NCBI RefSeq assembly: GCF_018350175.1 | Contig: NC_058368.1 | Location: 136,588,001 to 136,652,000 of the forward strand | Direction of reading: 5' to 3' | Source: Felis catus | Taxonomy: Eukaryota | DNA: 64,000 nt | Shown here: piece by piece, positions 12,368 to 25,463 of the stretch | Numbering within the stretch: the stretch's first letter is position 1 | Layout: every line of letters begins with the position of its first letter | Program-made: the position numbers and the translations under genes | The notes under the pieces: generated by a model | The model's database searches: none | Seen by the model: the letters and a program-made list of their open reading frames with translations, nothing else | What the model was told of the DNA's origin: nothing

Positions 12368-13789
12368 GCCCCTAGGCATCAGCACTCCTGTATCCTTTGG
12401 ATAAGTTCCTAGTAGTGCTATTGCTGGGTCATATGGTAATTATATTTTTAATTTTTTGAGGAACCTCCACACTGTTTTCCAGAGTGGCTGCACCAGTTTG
12501 TATTCCCACCAACAGTGCAAGAGGATTCCCATTTCTCCACATCCTCGCCAACATCTGTTGTTTCCTTAGTTAATTTTAGCCACTCTGACTGGTGTGAGGT
12601 GGTATCTCAGTGTGATTTTGATTTGTATCTCCCTGAGGATGAACAATATTAAGCATCTTTTCATGTATCTTTTGGCCACCTGGATGTCTTCTTTGGAAAA
12701 GTGTCTATTCATGTCTTCTGCCCATTTCTTCACTGTATCATTTGTCTTTTCAGGTGTTGAGCTTGGTAAGTTCTTTACAGATTTTGGATACTAATCTTTT
12801 ATCCAATATGCCATTTGCAAATATCTTCTCCCATTCCATCAGTTGCCTTTTAGTTTTTTTGATTGTCTCCTTTGCTGTGCAGAAGCTTTTTATCTAGATG
12901 AGGTCCCAATAGTTCATTTTTGCTTTTATTTCCCTTGCCTTCAGATATGTGTTGAGTAAGAAGTTGTTGCAGCTGAGGTCAAAGAGGTTGTTGCCTGTTT
13001 TCTCCGCTAGGGTTTGATGGTTTTGTCTCACATTTAGGTCTTTCATCCATTTTGAATTTATTTTAGTGTATAGTGTAGGAAAGTGGTCCAGGTTCATTCT
13101 TCTGCATGTCGCTGTCCAGTTTTCCCAGCACCATTTGCTAAAGAGACTCTTTCTTCCATTGGATACTCTTTCCTGCTTTTTCAAAGATTAGTTGGCCATA
13201 CATTTGTAGGTCCAATTTTGGGTTCTCTATTCCATTAGTCCACATGTCTGTTTTTGTGCCAATACCATACTGTCTTGGTGATTACAGCTTTCTTGTAGAG
13301 GCTAACATCCAGGATTGTGATGACTCCAGCTTTGGTTTTCTTTTTCAACATTACTTTGACTATTTGGGGTCTATTGTGGTTCCACACAAATTTTAGATTG
13401 TTTATTCTAGCTCTGAGAAGAATGCTGGTGCAATTTTGATTGGGATTGCATTGAATGTGTAGATTTGCTTTGGGTAGTATTGACATTTTAACAATATTTA
13501 TTCTTCCAATCCATGAGCATGGAATGTTTTTCCATTTCTTTGTGCCTTCTTCAATTTCTTTCATAAGTTTTCTATAGTTTTCAGCATACAGGTCTTTTAC
13601 CTCTCTGGTTAGATTTATTTCTAGGTATTTTATGGTTCTTGTGCAATTGTAAATGGTATCAATTCCTTGATTTCTCTTTCTGCTGCTTCAGTATTGGTGT
13701 ATAGAAACACAACCGATTTCTGTACAATGATTTTATATCTTGCGACTTGGCTGAATTCATGTATCAGTTTTAGCCATTTTTTACCAGAC

Positions 13790-13862
13790 TATTTTTTAAG
13801 ACCAGTTTGGGGTCTACCTCAAAATTGAGCGGAAAGTACAGAAATTTCTCTCTCTCTCTCTG

Positions 13863-13908
<46 letters not shown>

Positions 13909-14110
13909 CCTCCACCCCCCTCTCCCTCCCTGCATGGTCCATTTTTGAGAAATACTGAACCTATACCAACACATCATAGTCACCGAAAGTCCATAGTTTA
14001 CATTAAGTTTCACTCTTGGTGGTGTACATTTTATGGGTTTTCACAAATATGTAATGACATGTATCCACCATTATATCGTACAGGGTAGTTTCACTACTCT
14101 AAAAACCTTT
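13790..14110 (-). mobile_element. Ancient L1M (L1MC/MD-like) 3' end containing a (CT)n(CA)n microsatellite
   Basis: aaaattgagcggaaagtacaga and aaagtccatagtttacattaag...cactcttggtggtgtacatt. (CA)n at 13864-13907. Confidence 0.75.
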
Positions 14111-14417
14111 ACACAAAGCATTTTCATAGCAACTCCTATAACAAAGAACCAATCATAGGGCTTTGTTTGTGTTAATATGGGATTCATCTCTGGTGCACAT
14201 CTGTTTGGGTGTTCATTGTCTTGAAGACATACCTCTCCCCCACATTCATTAGTGCCTGGGATGGAAATGTTACAGATATGTAGGCCCAGGAGTAGGATGC
14301 AAGCATGTCAGTCTGACCGACAGGATCAAGGTAGGACCAAGCTGTGATGTAGAGTTGTCAGTGTGGACGAAGTTTGTCTTTGGAAGCCCCACAATACCTA
14401 TGTGCGTTCATGCACAT

Positions 14418-14418
<1 letters not shown>

Positions 14419-14459
<41 letters not shown>
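14419..14459. repeat. (CA)n microsatellite
   Basis: About 20 perfect CA units. Confidence 0.95.
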
Positions 14460-14462
<3 letters not shown>

Positions 14463-14859
14463 CTATTCCTTTCTTCTAGTACAGCCAACTTCTCTCTATG
14501 CTTCCTAAGAATCTTAGTGCCCCTTTGCACCATATTCTGTTCTGTCAAAAAAAATGCTTCTGGGAAGGGATCCAATGCCAATTATTTGCTATTCAGTGTC
14601 AAGTGAAGCCATCACATTTTCCTTCCCAGGGGCATGTGCACCATGTTTTAAAAATTCCAGGTACTTAAAAGCATGTGAGAAGAAGAATTAGTCCTTGCAA
14701 TCACCCCAAATAGTATCTGCTGCTCTGCTTCATTATAGCACAGGCTCTGGCCTCCCTTCAGTCAGAGACTGATGAAGAGCCAACACAGGATATAAATAGA
14801 GGAGGGGATTTGAAAAAGAAATGGTCATTTGGAGCAAGAACTAAACTTTTCTTTTTCCA

Positions 14860-15070
14860 GGGTGCCTGGGTGGCTCAGTTGTTTGAGCATCCGACTCTTG
14901 ATTTTGGCTTGGGTCATGATCTTACAGCTGTGGGATCAAGCCCCACATCAGGCTCTGTGCTGACAGTGTGGAGCCTGCTTGGAATTCTCTCTTTCTCTCT
15001 CTGTGTACCCCACTCCCGTTCACCCTCTCTTTCTCTCTCTCTCTCTCTCAAAATAAATATTTCTAAAAAA
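14860..15070 (+). mobile_element. Older Can-SINE
   Basis: gggtgcctgggtggctcagttg...(CT)n...aaaataaa, with a degenerate TSD. Confidence 0.9.
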
Positions 15071-15149
15071 GAAGTTAAGGTTTTATTTTTCTAAAATATA
15101 AAGCAGGTTAAGAATAGAACCCTGGCTCTCATGCTATGGGGCAGATGTG

Positions 15150-15325
15150 CTGGGGTTAAGGAAAGCGCACTGGAAAGACCTGGATCCCAGTCCTGGGTCT
15201 ATGTAAAAGTAGCTGGGTGACTTTGCAAGTCACTGTACTTCTCTGAGCCTTGACTGTTCCTCTCTAAAATATGCGAGTTGGATTAAATGGTTTCTGCAAT
15301 TCCTTCCAGCTCCAACATTTTTCAG
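15150..15325 (+). mobile_element. MIR-family SINE
   Basis: tagctgggtgactttgcaagtcactgtacttctctgagcct. Confidence 0.7.
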
Positions 15326-15568
15326 TTCTATATCTCAGAGGAGGAACTAAAAGGAAACCAGATAAATCTAAGTTGCCAGGCTTCCCACATCCTTTGCTTT
15401 TGACAGAGGTGACTAAAGGGGCTTGAAGAACCTATTTTCACCAAACCTTGCCCTGGCATATCCCACAAAGGAGCTAATGCCCAGCAGATTACAAATACCC
15501 CTATGACAAAGAATGCAGCTCTGTTTTTTTTTTTAACAAGCATACTGATTTTAAGAATAGCCATCTCC

Positions 15569-15730
15569 GGGGCGACTGGGTGACTCAGTTGGTAAAGTGT
15601 CCCACTTCGGCTCAGGTCATGATGTCACAGCTTGTGAGTTCGAGCCCTGCATCGGACTCTGTGCTGATAGCTCGGAGCCTGGAGCCTGCTTCTGATTCTG
15701 TGTCCCTCTTTCACTCTGCCCCTCTCTCAC

Positions 15731-15781
<51 letters not shown>

Positions 15782-15794
15782 AATAAAAAAAAAA
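15569..15794 (+). mobile_element. Can-SINE with expanded (CT)n
   Basis: ggggcgactgggtgactcagttgg... Diverged TSD gaatagc(ca/tt)tctcc at 15555-15568 and 15796-15809. Confidence 0.92.
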
Positions 15795-16099
15795 TGAATA
15801 GCTTTCTCCTAGTGTATGTAACTTTGGACCAAACCAAGGAAACTTATGACGGTTCAGCTTAATCTTATAAAATTTTTAATCAGTAAGTGCTGCCTGGAAG
15901 AATCTGGCTATTGTGGTATCTCAAAGAGGCAGATACAAGAATAGTTATGCTGGTATTAGATGCAACAGACAAAGCAACTATTGTAACAGAGGGGAAATCT
16001 GGGCCGTTGTATCTGATGGAAAGCACACTATTCTTGGAATGGAAGTTCAGATTCCTAGATACAACTTCTGACTCTGATGCCAACCATAGGTAAACTTCA

Positions 16100-16420
16100 T
16101 CATTAAGGCAGGAACTATACCTGTCTTACTGACTATTCCAAGTATTGCCTGGCATATAGTAGGGGCTCAATAAATATTTTTTGAATAAACATTTGCAATG
16201 TCACATAATCACTGACCTTCAGCTTTACTTACTTGCTCTTTCATTTGGTCCCTTCTTCTGTCTCCCTATCACCAGTTCTTAATCTAGATTATCATTATCT
16301 TTGCCTAGATTGTTCTAATAGGCTCCTAACATCCTCTATCTAGCTCATTCTCCAAAATGTGGCCAGAGTAATCTTTCTGAAATGAAAGTGTGACCACATT
16401 ACTCCCTATTTGAAAATCAG
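16100..16420 (+). mobile_element. L2 fragments
   Basis: gcctggcatatagtaggggctcaataaatatt (L2 3' end) and gccagagtaatctttctgaaatgaaagtgtgacca. Confidence 0.65.
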
Positions 16421-16894
16421 ACCTCTAAAATGTCATATTTATTGGCTTAACATTATTCATAAGGTACTCTTACTTTGTTTTAATGTCTATAGGATCTATA
16501 AGGATGTCTCTTTACTTAGTAGCTCAACATGTGGTATTCAGTAAATGTTCTGTATGCACTTGAGAAGAATATGTTCTGAAGTTGGTTGTTACAGTGTTCA
16601 TTTTGGTCAAGTTGTCTAATCATATTGTTTCCTTCAGGCTTTTGTGATCTACTATAAGTCACTGAATTATATTAAAATCTTCATTTATGATAATGCATTT
16701 GTCTATTTCTTTTAGTTTGTCAACTTTTGCTTTACATATTACAATTTAGAATCTTCCTGTTAAATCGACCCATTTCACACAATGAAAATTTATGTTGTCT
16801 CTTTTTTACTGAAGTTTAGCTAGACTTATTAATTTTATTAGTCTTTTCAGCACTATATATCTAGTAATGCTTCTTGACTAAAGTTTTTTTCATA

Positions 16895-17735
16895 TGCAAT
16901 TAGTATACCCACACCCAAAACTCTTGTAATCTCCTGAGGATTAGGGGCACTAGGAGTATCTTCTGTTATATTATCAGTCTTTTTACCCCAGTTCCTAACA
17001 CAGAGCTCCTAAATTGCTTGGAATTTCCTGAGTCATAGAAATGCCTTTTGTTCTAATACGGTGACTCTTGGTGGGCTCCTGGATGGGAAATAGTCACCAG
17101 AAAGATCAAGCCATGATTAGAAGCTTGGAACTTTCAGCTTCATCCCGTCTTCCAGGGAGGGGAGAGGGGCTTAAGTTAAGAATTGCTCATGATGATGTCA
17201 TGATGCCTCCAAAAAAATCCCTGAAGTATCAGGTTCAGAGAGCTTCTGGAGTTGATAAATACATCCATATGCTGGGAGGGTAGTGCATCCCAATTCCACA
17301 GGGACAGAAGCTCTTGCACTTATCCTATGTACCTCTTCATCTGACTGTTCATCTATATCTTCTATCATATATTTTATACAATATAATGAAGTAAATGTAC
17401 AGGAGTGTTGCTTGGGTTCTGTGAGCAATTACAGCAAATTATTAAACCTGAGGATGGCTTTGTGGGAACTCTTGATTTGTAGCTAAGTTGGACAGAAGTG
17501 GGGTAATCTCGGAACCCACTACCAGCTACTGGCATCTGAAGTGGGGTCAAGTCTTGTGGGACTGAGCCCTTAACTTGTGGGATGTGATACAGTTAGGTAC
17601 AGAATGTGAGAATTTAGTTGTCTTCTAAGACACCCAGATGGTTTTGGAGAATTGGTCAGTGTGGGAAAAAAAATTCTGTGCGCTGGGTAGCCAGAAGGGT
17701 TTAGTGTGTAGAGGAAATAAAGTTTTTTCCCCTTT
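16895..17735 (+). mobile_element. MER21-like solo LTR
   Basis: ccccagttcctaacacagagctcctaaa, gtcaccagaaagatcaagccatgattagaagcttggaactttcagc and gtcttgtgggactgagcccttaacttgtgggat. Confidence 0.8.
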
Positions 17736-20216
17736 TCAATCTTTATATATAAAGTTTGTCTTTTGGAAACAGCATTTCTGTAAGTACGAACATATTTGGT
17801 TTTAAGTATACATCTGTATGGCAATAAATTTAACAACCTAGATGAAATAAACTCTTAAAAAGTATAATTTCCTAAAATTAACACTAAGTAAAATCTTCCC
17901 ATAACTATTAAATAGTTTGGATTTCCAACTTAAAACATTCCTACCCAGAAAACTCTAGGATTAAGTGGCTTCACTAATGGTTTCTTCCCAATACTCATGA
18001 AATAAATAATACTAATCTTACAAAAAAGTTGTCTAGAAAGAAAAAGAAAAAGTGAATAGTTCTCAGCTCATTTTATACAACCAGCATTACTTTCAGGAGG
18101 TGATACTAACATCTGAGAATGACATTTCAAGAAAGGAAAATCACAGACCAATTCACTATATTAATAGAGGAGAAAAATCATATAATGACCTCATATGTAA
18201 GAAAAACAATTTGACAAAATTCAACATCTTGATAAAAGTAAAAATTCTCAGCAAAGTAAGAATAAATGTTCTACAGCACACATTATATTTAATGGCAAGA
18301 TATTTATTACATGCTTCCCCCAAAGTGTAGCAACAAGACAATAATGCCCATTTTCACCACTATTATTCAGTATTGTACTGGAGGCCCAATTCAGTACAAT
18401 AAGCTTAGCAAAAAAGAGGTATAATTACCGGAAAGGAAGAAATAAAACAAGTATTATTTATAGACTACCTGATCGCATACATAAATAATTGAAAAGAATT
18501 GGTGAAAAACTATTAAAATTAATAAATAATTTAACAATATCACTATACACAAGGTCAATATATAGAAACGATTTGTATATGCTAGCAACAATTAGATATT
18601 TTTAAAAAATTAAATGCCACTTTACCGTAGTATAAAAAATGTCTAGTAATAAATCTAAGACGCACAAGGACTGTATTCTAAAATGTACGTAACACTATTG
18701 AGAGAAATTTTAAAGTCCTCAATAAATGGATAGATATACCAAGTTCGTGGGTTGCAAGACTCAATATTGTTAAGATGTCAGTTTTCCTCAAATGATCTAT
18801 AGATCAAATACAATCCCAATCAAAATCTTCAGCAAGATTTTTTAAGAATAGGAATTGCCAAAATTCTAAAATTTACATAGACATGCACAGAATATAAAAT
18901 AGTCAAAATAAATTTGCAAACAAAATGAACAAATCTGGAAGACCTGTTTTACCTGATTTTGAGATTATAAAATTCTGTATGGTATTGGCATAAGCATAGA
19001 CAAATAGATGAATGGAACATATTAGAATCCATAAATAGACCTACACAAATATGGTCAATTGATTTTTGATAAAAGCTCCAAGATAATTCTCTGGGGAATT
19101 CCAACAAATTATATGAAACAACATGATATCCATATGGGAAAAAAATGAATCTCAACTCCTATTATATATCATAGCAAAAATTTGTGTGAAATAGATCATA
19201 AATCTAAGTGCAAAAGAGGAAAAAAAAACTTCTATAAGAAAATTAATATTTTTATGGGTTAAGCAATAGTTTCTTAAATAAAGCACAAAATACATTCACC
19301 ACGGGAAAAAAATGAAAAATTTTACATCAAAATTAAAATTCTGCCTTTTGCTCTTCAAAAGACTCTATTGGGAAAGTGAGAAAGCAAGTCACAGACTAGA
19401 AGAAAATATTTGCAATACATATATCTCACAAAGGACTTGTGTCCTGAATATATAAATAACTCCTTAGTAACAATAAAAAGCAAACAATTTAATTTTCTAA
19501 ATGGGCAAATGATATATGAATAGCCAATAAAAAAGATTAACATCGTTAGTCATTAGGAAAATGCACATCAAAACCATGAGATATGACTTCACACCCAGTG
19601 GAATGGCTCAAATTAAAAATACAAATGATACTAGGTATTGATGAGAATGTGGAGAAAGAAGAATTTTCCTAATTGTTGCTAAAAGTGTAAAATGGTACAA
19701 CTACTTTGGGAAAGAGCTTGGCAGTTGCCATGAAAGCCAAACTTATTACATACCCTATCACCCTGCAATTCCACTCCTGGGTATTTACCCAACAGGAATG
19801 AATGCATATGCCTACCAAAGATGTCTATAAGAATATTCATAACAGCTTTATGCATAATTGCAAAATCTGGACTTAATTTAAATGTCTATCAACAAGTGAA
19901 CGGATAAGCAAATAGAGATATGTTCTAACAATATTGCAGAGCAATGAAAAGGAACAAACTGTAACAGAAAGGATGAATCTCACAGACCATAAAGTTAAAC
20001 GGAAAAAGTTATAAACTCAAAAGAAAACATACTGTGTAAATTTATATAAAGCTCAAAAAGAGACAAAACTCATCTATGGTGAGAGATTTTGGAATAGTGG
20101 TTATTTCAGGGAAGGAGTATTGACTGACAAGAGTCATGAAGAAGACTTCTGGGGTTTGATATGGAAGGTGGGGACACGGTGTGTATCCTATGTAAAACTG
20201 ACCAGTACACTTTAGA

Positions 20217-20312
20217 CAAGGAAGACCAACTTGCCCCAGATTACCTGGAAATGTTCTGGTTTTGAAACTACAAGTCCTTTTTTGGAGGAAACCAGGATGG
20301 TTGGTCACCCTA
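20217..20312. mobile_element. MER81-like hAT-Blackjack MITE inside the L1 3'UTR
   Basis: Terminal ggttggtcacccta with a degenerate inverted copy caaggaagaccaac. 8-bp TSD actttaga/acttaaga at 20209-20216 and 20313-20320. Confidence 0.75.
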
Positions 20313-20602
20313 ACTTAAGATTTGTGCATTTTACCATTTTACCATATGTATGCTATTCCTCAATTTTTATAAATCTGGACAAAGTCCAAATTCCTTCTCA
20401 TAATATATACAGCTTTTGCAGTGTGACCTCATTGTGCCTCTGCATTTTCTCATCTGGCCTCCCTCCATCTTGTGATCCCTCCACCGCCACACGGACAGCT
20501 GGTGGCTCCCTGAATATGCCATACTCTCTCTTGCTTAAGCTGGTCTCTCTGTCCAGAAACCCTCTCCCCTGGCTCTTTTCAGCTAGCTTCAGTTCATTCT
20601 TT

Positions 20603-20823
20603 TTTTAAAAAAATTTTTTTAACATTTTATTTATTTTTGAGACAGGGAGAGACAGAGCATGAACAGGGGAGGGGCAGAGAGAGGGCGACACAGAATCTGA
20701 AACAGGCTCCAGGCTCTGAGCTGTCAGCACAGAGCCCGACACGGGGGCTCAAACTCACGGACCGCGAGATCATGACCTGAGCCAAAGTCGGCCGCTTAAC
20801 CGACTGAGCCACCCAGGCGCCCC
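20603..20823 (-). mobile_element. SINEC_Fc-type SINE
   Basis: TSD ttcagttcattcttt at 20588-20602 and 20824-20838. Confidence 0.95.
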
Positions 20824-21612
20824 TTCAGTTCATTCTTTAACTCAGGTTGGATACCATCAACTGTAAGAAGCTTTTCCTGACACATGGTCGAAGTTTGGGA
20901 TATCCCATAGCATATGTTTAAGTGGCCAGTTATTTATTTATTCATTTATTCAATAAGACATTATATTAAACTCTTAAAGGTACTAGGAAGTATCCAGTCC
21001 TACAAGACCTCATAGTCTGATAAGTATGTAAACATACCTTGGCAGAAAAAAACAAGTGGATGGGCTATAATCTAAGTTACCATCTCACCCACAACATGCC
21101 TAGAGGGAGAAAGATGGCTTTTTTACTTTTAATTTATTTCTTTTATTTTTGAGTATAGTTGACACAATGGGACATTAGTTTCAGGTGTACAACATAGAGA
21201 TTCAAGTTCTCCATACATTATGCTGTGCTCACCCGAGTGGAGCTACCATTTGTCACCATAGAATGCTATTTCAATACCATTGACGATATTGCCTATGCTG
21301 TGCCTTTTATTCCCATGACTTACTCATTCTGTAACTGGAAGCCTGTATCTCCCACTCTCATTACCCATTTCACCAACCCCCACTTTCCTCTGGCAACCAT
21401 CAGTTCTCTACAATTACAAGTCTGATTCTGTTTTTTGTTCATTCATTTGGGTTTTTAGATTTTACATATGAACGAAGTCATATGGTATTTGTCCTTCTCA
21501 GTCTGACTTATTTCACTTAGCATAATTTCCTCTAGGCCCATCCACACTGTTGCAAATGGCATGATCTCATCCTTTTTTATGATTGCATAATATTCCATTA
21601 TTTATATTGCAT

Positions 21613-21798
21613 ATTTTTTTAAAAGTTTATTTATTTATTGAGAGAGACCAAGAGAGAGAGGGAAAGAGAGAATCTGAAGCGGCTCTACACTGTCAGCACA
21701 GAGCCCGATGTGGGGCTCAAACTCACAAACTGTGAGATCACGACCTGAGCCGAAACCAATAGTCAGACACTTAAGTGACTGAGCCACCCTGGCGCCCC
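21613..21798 (-). mobile_element. Can-SINE nested in L1
   Basis: TSD tatattgcat at 21603-21612 and 21799-21808. Confidence 0.92.
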
Positions 21799-22314
21799 TA
21801 TATTGCATCTTTTTAACCTATTTATCTATCAGTCGACACTTAGGTTACTTCCATATCTTGGCTACTGTAAATAATGCTGCAGTAAACATAGGGGTGCATA
21901 ACTCTTTTCAAATTAGTGTTTTTGTTTCCTTTGGGCAAATATCCAGTAGTAGAATTATCAGATTATATGGTGTTTCTATTTTAAGTTTTTTGAGGGACCT
22001 CCATACTGTTTTCCTCAGTGGCTGCACCAATTTACACTCCACCAACAGCACATTAAAGTTCCCTTTTCTCTACATCCTGACATTTGTTATTTGTCTTCTT
22101 AATTTGAGCCATTCTGACAAATGTAAGATAGTATCTCATTGTGGTTTTGACTTTCATTTCATTGATGTTTGGTGATGTTGAGCATCTTTTTATGTGTCTG
22201 TTGGACATCTGCACATTTTCTTTGGAAAAATGTCTATTCAAGTCCTCTGCCCATTTTTTAACTGGATTGTTTGTGTTTTTTGGGTTGAGTGGTATAAGTT
22301 CTTTATATATTTCA

Positions 22315-22524
22315 TTTTTTTTAATGTTTATTTATTTTTGAGAGAGAGAAAGACAGAGCACGAGTGGGGGAGGGGCAGAGAGAGAGGAGACACAGAATCC
22401 GAAGCAGGCTCCAGGCTCTGAGCTGTCAGCACAGAGCCCAATGCAGGGCTCAAACTCACAAACCATGAGATCATGACCTGAGCCGAAGCCAGATGCTCAA
22501 CTGACTGAGCCACCCAGGCACCCC
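22315..22524 (-). mobile_element. Can-SINE nested in L1
   Basis: TSD tatatatttca at 22304-22314 and 22527-22537. Confidence 0.92.
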
Positions 22525-23632
22525 AATATATATTTCAGATATAAACCCCTTATCAAGTATATCATTTGCAAATATCTTTTTGCATTTGCTAGGTTGTCTT
22601 TTAGTTTTATTGATGGTTTCCTCTGCTATACATAAGATTTCTCAGTACATGCCTCATAGGGTTTTTGTTAAGATTAAATGAATCAGTATATATAAAAGGC
22701 TTAGAATGGTGGCTGACATGTAGTCAACAATTGTAAGTATAGTCATTCTTATGTGAAGTATGTAAAAAGACTATGCAACATTGCAGATATTTCTCCATTT
22801 ATTATTACCCCACACCTCTTCATCTTTCTTCTGAGCCCCAGGTTCACATCTCTTAAGCCTAAGAGATGTTATCACCTGATTGAAATGTGTGTGGTTCAAA
22901 TGTATAACAATCAATCTCAAATCCCCTTCTCGACAATTTTTGCTAATTATCTGTTACCTAGACTAAAAACATCCCAATCATATTTCTTTCCATGAACTTC
23001 TACATCCAATTGTTCAATAAACCTTGACAATTATTATAGCCATTCCTTTTTTTTTTTTTTCTGGTTCCAGTGCCACTTTCAGAAATAGAATTTCTGATCA
23101 TCACACATTTGAATTTCTTCCAATGGCCATTTAACTCACTCCCCCTCTAATTCAGACTAGTCTCCGTAGATCATTCCTTGATCCCATAATCTCTTGCTCA
23201 GAAATCTTCAGGGGCACCTAATTGTCCTTCAGAATCAGTCAAAATTGCACAAACTGTCATTCAGTGTCCATGACAATCTGACTCAAAATCTACCCTTTCA
23301 AATCCATTTCTTTTATCCTTTTCACAAAATCTCTCTGTCAACTCGAATACCCAATTTATAGCACTGACTGGTAAACAGGGCTAGAATTGGAGCTAAGGCC
23401 CAAAGCCTATCAGAGGCCTCTCTCTCCTCTAAGCCCAAACTTAAAGCTTAGCACCAGCCACTAACCTAATGTGAATGAGGCAGAGAACCCAAATACGCAC
23501 AACCAAAGACACACGAAAGCAAGCAAGATGGCTCTTCTCAAGTGAAAGCGATTTCTAGATGTCCCATGCAGCCACATAGAGAGGCAAGGTAGAAGAGAGT
23601 GCCGTGCTCAACTTACTGCATCAACATTTTTT

Positions 23633-23877
23633 ATTTTTTTTTTAATTTTTTTTTTAATTTTTTTTTCTCAATGTTTATTTTTTTTTATTTTTGGGACAGA
23701 GAGAGACAGAGCATGAACGGGGGAGGGGCAGAGAGAGAGGGAGACACAGAATCGGAAACAGGCTCCAGGCTCTGAGCCATCAGCCCAGAGCCTGACGCGG
23801 GGCTCGAACTCACGGACCGCGAGATCGTGACCTGGCTGAAGTCGGACGCTTAACCGACTGCGCCACCCAGGCGCCCC
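23633..23877 (-). mobile_element. Young full-length SINEC_Fc SINE
   Basis: Intact CpGs and a long patterned tail. TSD gcatcaacattttt at 23618-23631 and 23879-23892. Confidence 0.96.
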
Positions 23878-23892
23878 AGCATCAACATTTTT

Positions 23893-23993
23893 TAAAAATT
23901 AATTTATTTAGGTAATCTCTACACCCAACGTGGGGCTCACAACTTGGAGATCAAGAGTCGTATGCTCTTCCTACTAAGCCAGCCAGGCGCCCC
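23893..23993 (-). mobile_element. Short tRNA-derived carnivore SINE lacking the CT-rich body
   Basis: Minus strand GGGGCGCCTGGCTGGCTTAGTAGGAAGAGCATACGACTCTTGATCTC...CCCCACGTTGGGTGTAGAGATTACCTAAATAAA. Confidence 0.85.
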
Positions 23994-24559
23994 TTGCATC
24001 AACTTTTTAACATTTGAAATTTCTTGTCCACCACCAACACAAGGCCCAGTCATTGTTCTGAATCTGACCAAGTGGATTTGTAACTCTTCCTGGGATGGTG
24101 ACAGTGAACTGTCCTTCATCTGGAGCCCAGACTTTATAAGGCTTCCCACTTCTTTCCTTTGTTCATATCCTTGATCCTGCCTTGAATATCCTCCCCATTT
24201 CTGTCAGTTGAAATTCTACTCATCCTTCAAGGTCCAGGATAACATGCTGATAACATGATCACCCTACTTCTAATTCCTATCTTCTAAATTTTAACAGCAC
24301 TGACTGCAGTTCAAATTTGATACTTAGGATTTCCTGCCTTGCATTATTAGCTATATTTTCCTGGCTACTGTATATATATTTACTCCTCCCTGTATTGACA
24401 ATCCCTTAAGCTACAGACCATGTCCCTATGTGAGTCAGGAGCTCATTAAGATTCTCTGACCTAATTTTTTTACTCTAATACCAACTAGGCATAATAAATA
24501 TGTGTTGATGAGTTACATGTTTTATGCATTAGGCTTCAAGCTATAGATTTCAGTGTGAA

Positions 24560-25030
24560 AGAGATCTAAAACTGTGGGTCACATACAAGGGTGTTCTTTG
24601 CTATCATACTTACAATGGCAAAAAATTGAAAAGAACTAAGTGTCCACTAACAAAGTAATGGATAAATAAAATCTCTTATACGTATATGTTGAAACTCAGA
24701 ATGCAAACAAACTAGATTGACATGTTCATCAAAGATAAATCTAAAACTATAACATTCAATGAAAAGAGCAAAATTTAGAACTATATTATAACCTACCAAG
24801 TACATTTTTAAGACACGGATAAAATAATACATTCTGTTCATGGATTCATGAATAAGAAAATGCTACAAAATATCAGTCAAACCCATTCATATTTATATTC
24901 ATTAGCTGAAAGATGGGAATGGTCAAAGAATCTTCAAACTATTTTCTGTAATGAAGTAAACAAACATGAATGTTTGTTATATTGTTCTTTGTCTTTTTCT
25001 GTATTTTTAAAGCTTCTCAAAATGAAGAGA
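24560..25030 (+). mobile_element. Ancient L1ME-like 3' fragment
   Basis: ggcaaaaaattgaaaagaactaagtgtccactaacaaagtaatggataaataaa. Confidence 0.55.
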
Positions 25031-25417
25031 AACAAGCAAAAAGATACCATTTGGTCCAGATCCCTGTCTTCTGGGTGTCATGCTATTATTCTTTCTCTCT
25101 ATTGTGTGAATATAAAGATCAAGGAAAAGGGGAGGGCCTGAAGCTATACTGAGGCTAGGGCTTGGCTTGGGCATTACTGCTGATGACAGTTCACTAAATG
25201 CTTTCAATCAGCTAGTATTCTTGGTTATTTTCCTGTAAGAGAAAAGTGAGGTGGGGAGGGGAGAGGGTGAAAGCAGAAGTGGGAGAAAAACCTTTCCTGT
25301 TGCCTCACTATAGTGGATTACTATATGTTGTGTTTAAACCTCCTATATAGAGATGTCTCATTCTTTGTACCCCTCTTGAATTGATACTGTTTCCTCTCTG
25401 TGTTCTACACACTGTCT

Positions 25418-25418
<1 letters not shown>

Positions 25419-25460
<42 letters not shown>
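25419..25460. repeat. (TAA)14 microsatellite adjoining a MIR end
   Basis: Perfect trinucleotide run followed by gagcttattatgtgtcaggtattatgctaagcactttat. Confidence 0.95.

Positions 25461-25463
<3 letters not shown>

Larger units (their letters stand above)
11570..13780 (-). mobile_element. 5'-truncated carnivore L1 (3'UTR plus ORF2 C-terminal remnants)
   Basis: Minus-strand ORF remnants [24 protein letters not shown] and KWCWENWTATCRRM. 3' end at ~11570-11600. Confidence 0.95.
16425..20372 (+). mobile_element. Ancient L1M (L1MC/MD-like) with a 5' inversion, interrupted by MER21-like and MER81-like elements
   Basis: Antisense ORF2 EN-region sequence at ~16425-16890 and ~17740-17790. Sense ORF2 runs from ~17814 through the 3'UTR to ~20372. 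Confidence 0.8.
21120..22635 (-). mobile_element. Older carnivore L1 3' fragment containing two SINEs
   Basis: T-rich 3' end at ~21120-21150, L1 3'UTR motifs and the ORF2 C-terminal remnant MNRHFSKE...[11 protein letters not shown]. Confidence 0.9.

Noticed and set aside
11930..22513. Recurrent MAQSVKRPTSAQV-like peptides
   Set aside because: These are translations of Can-SINE copies, not a gene family.
23893..23993. tRNA-like sequence
   Set aside because: It has an A-rich tail, TSDs and a deleted B-box region, so it is a SINE rather than a functional tRNA.
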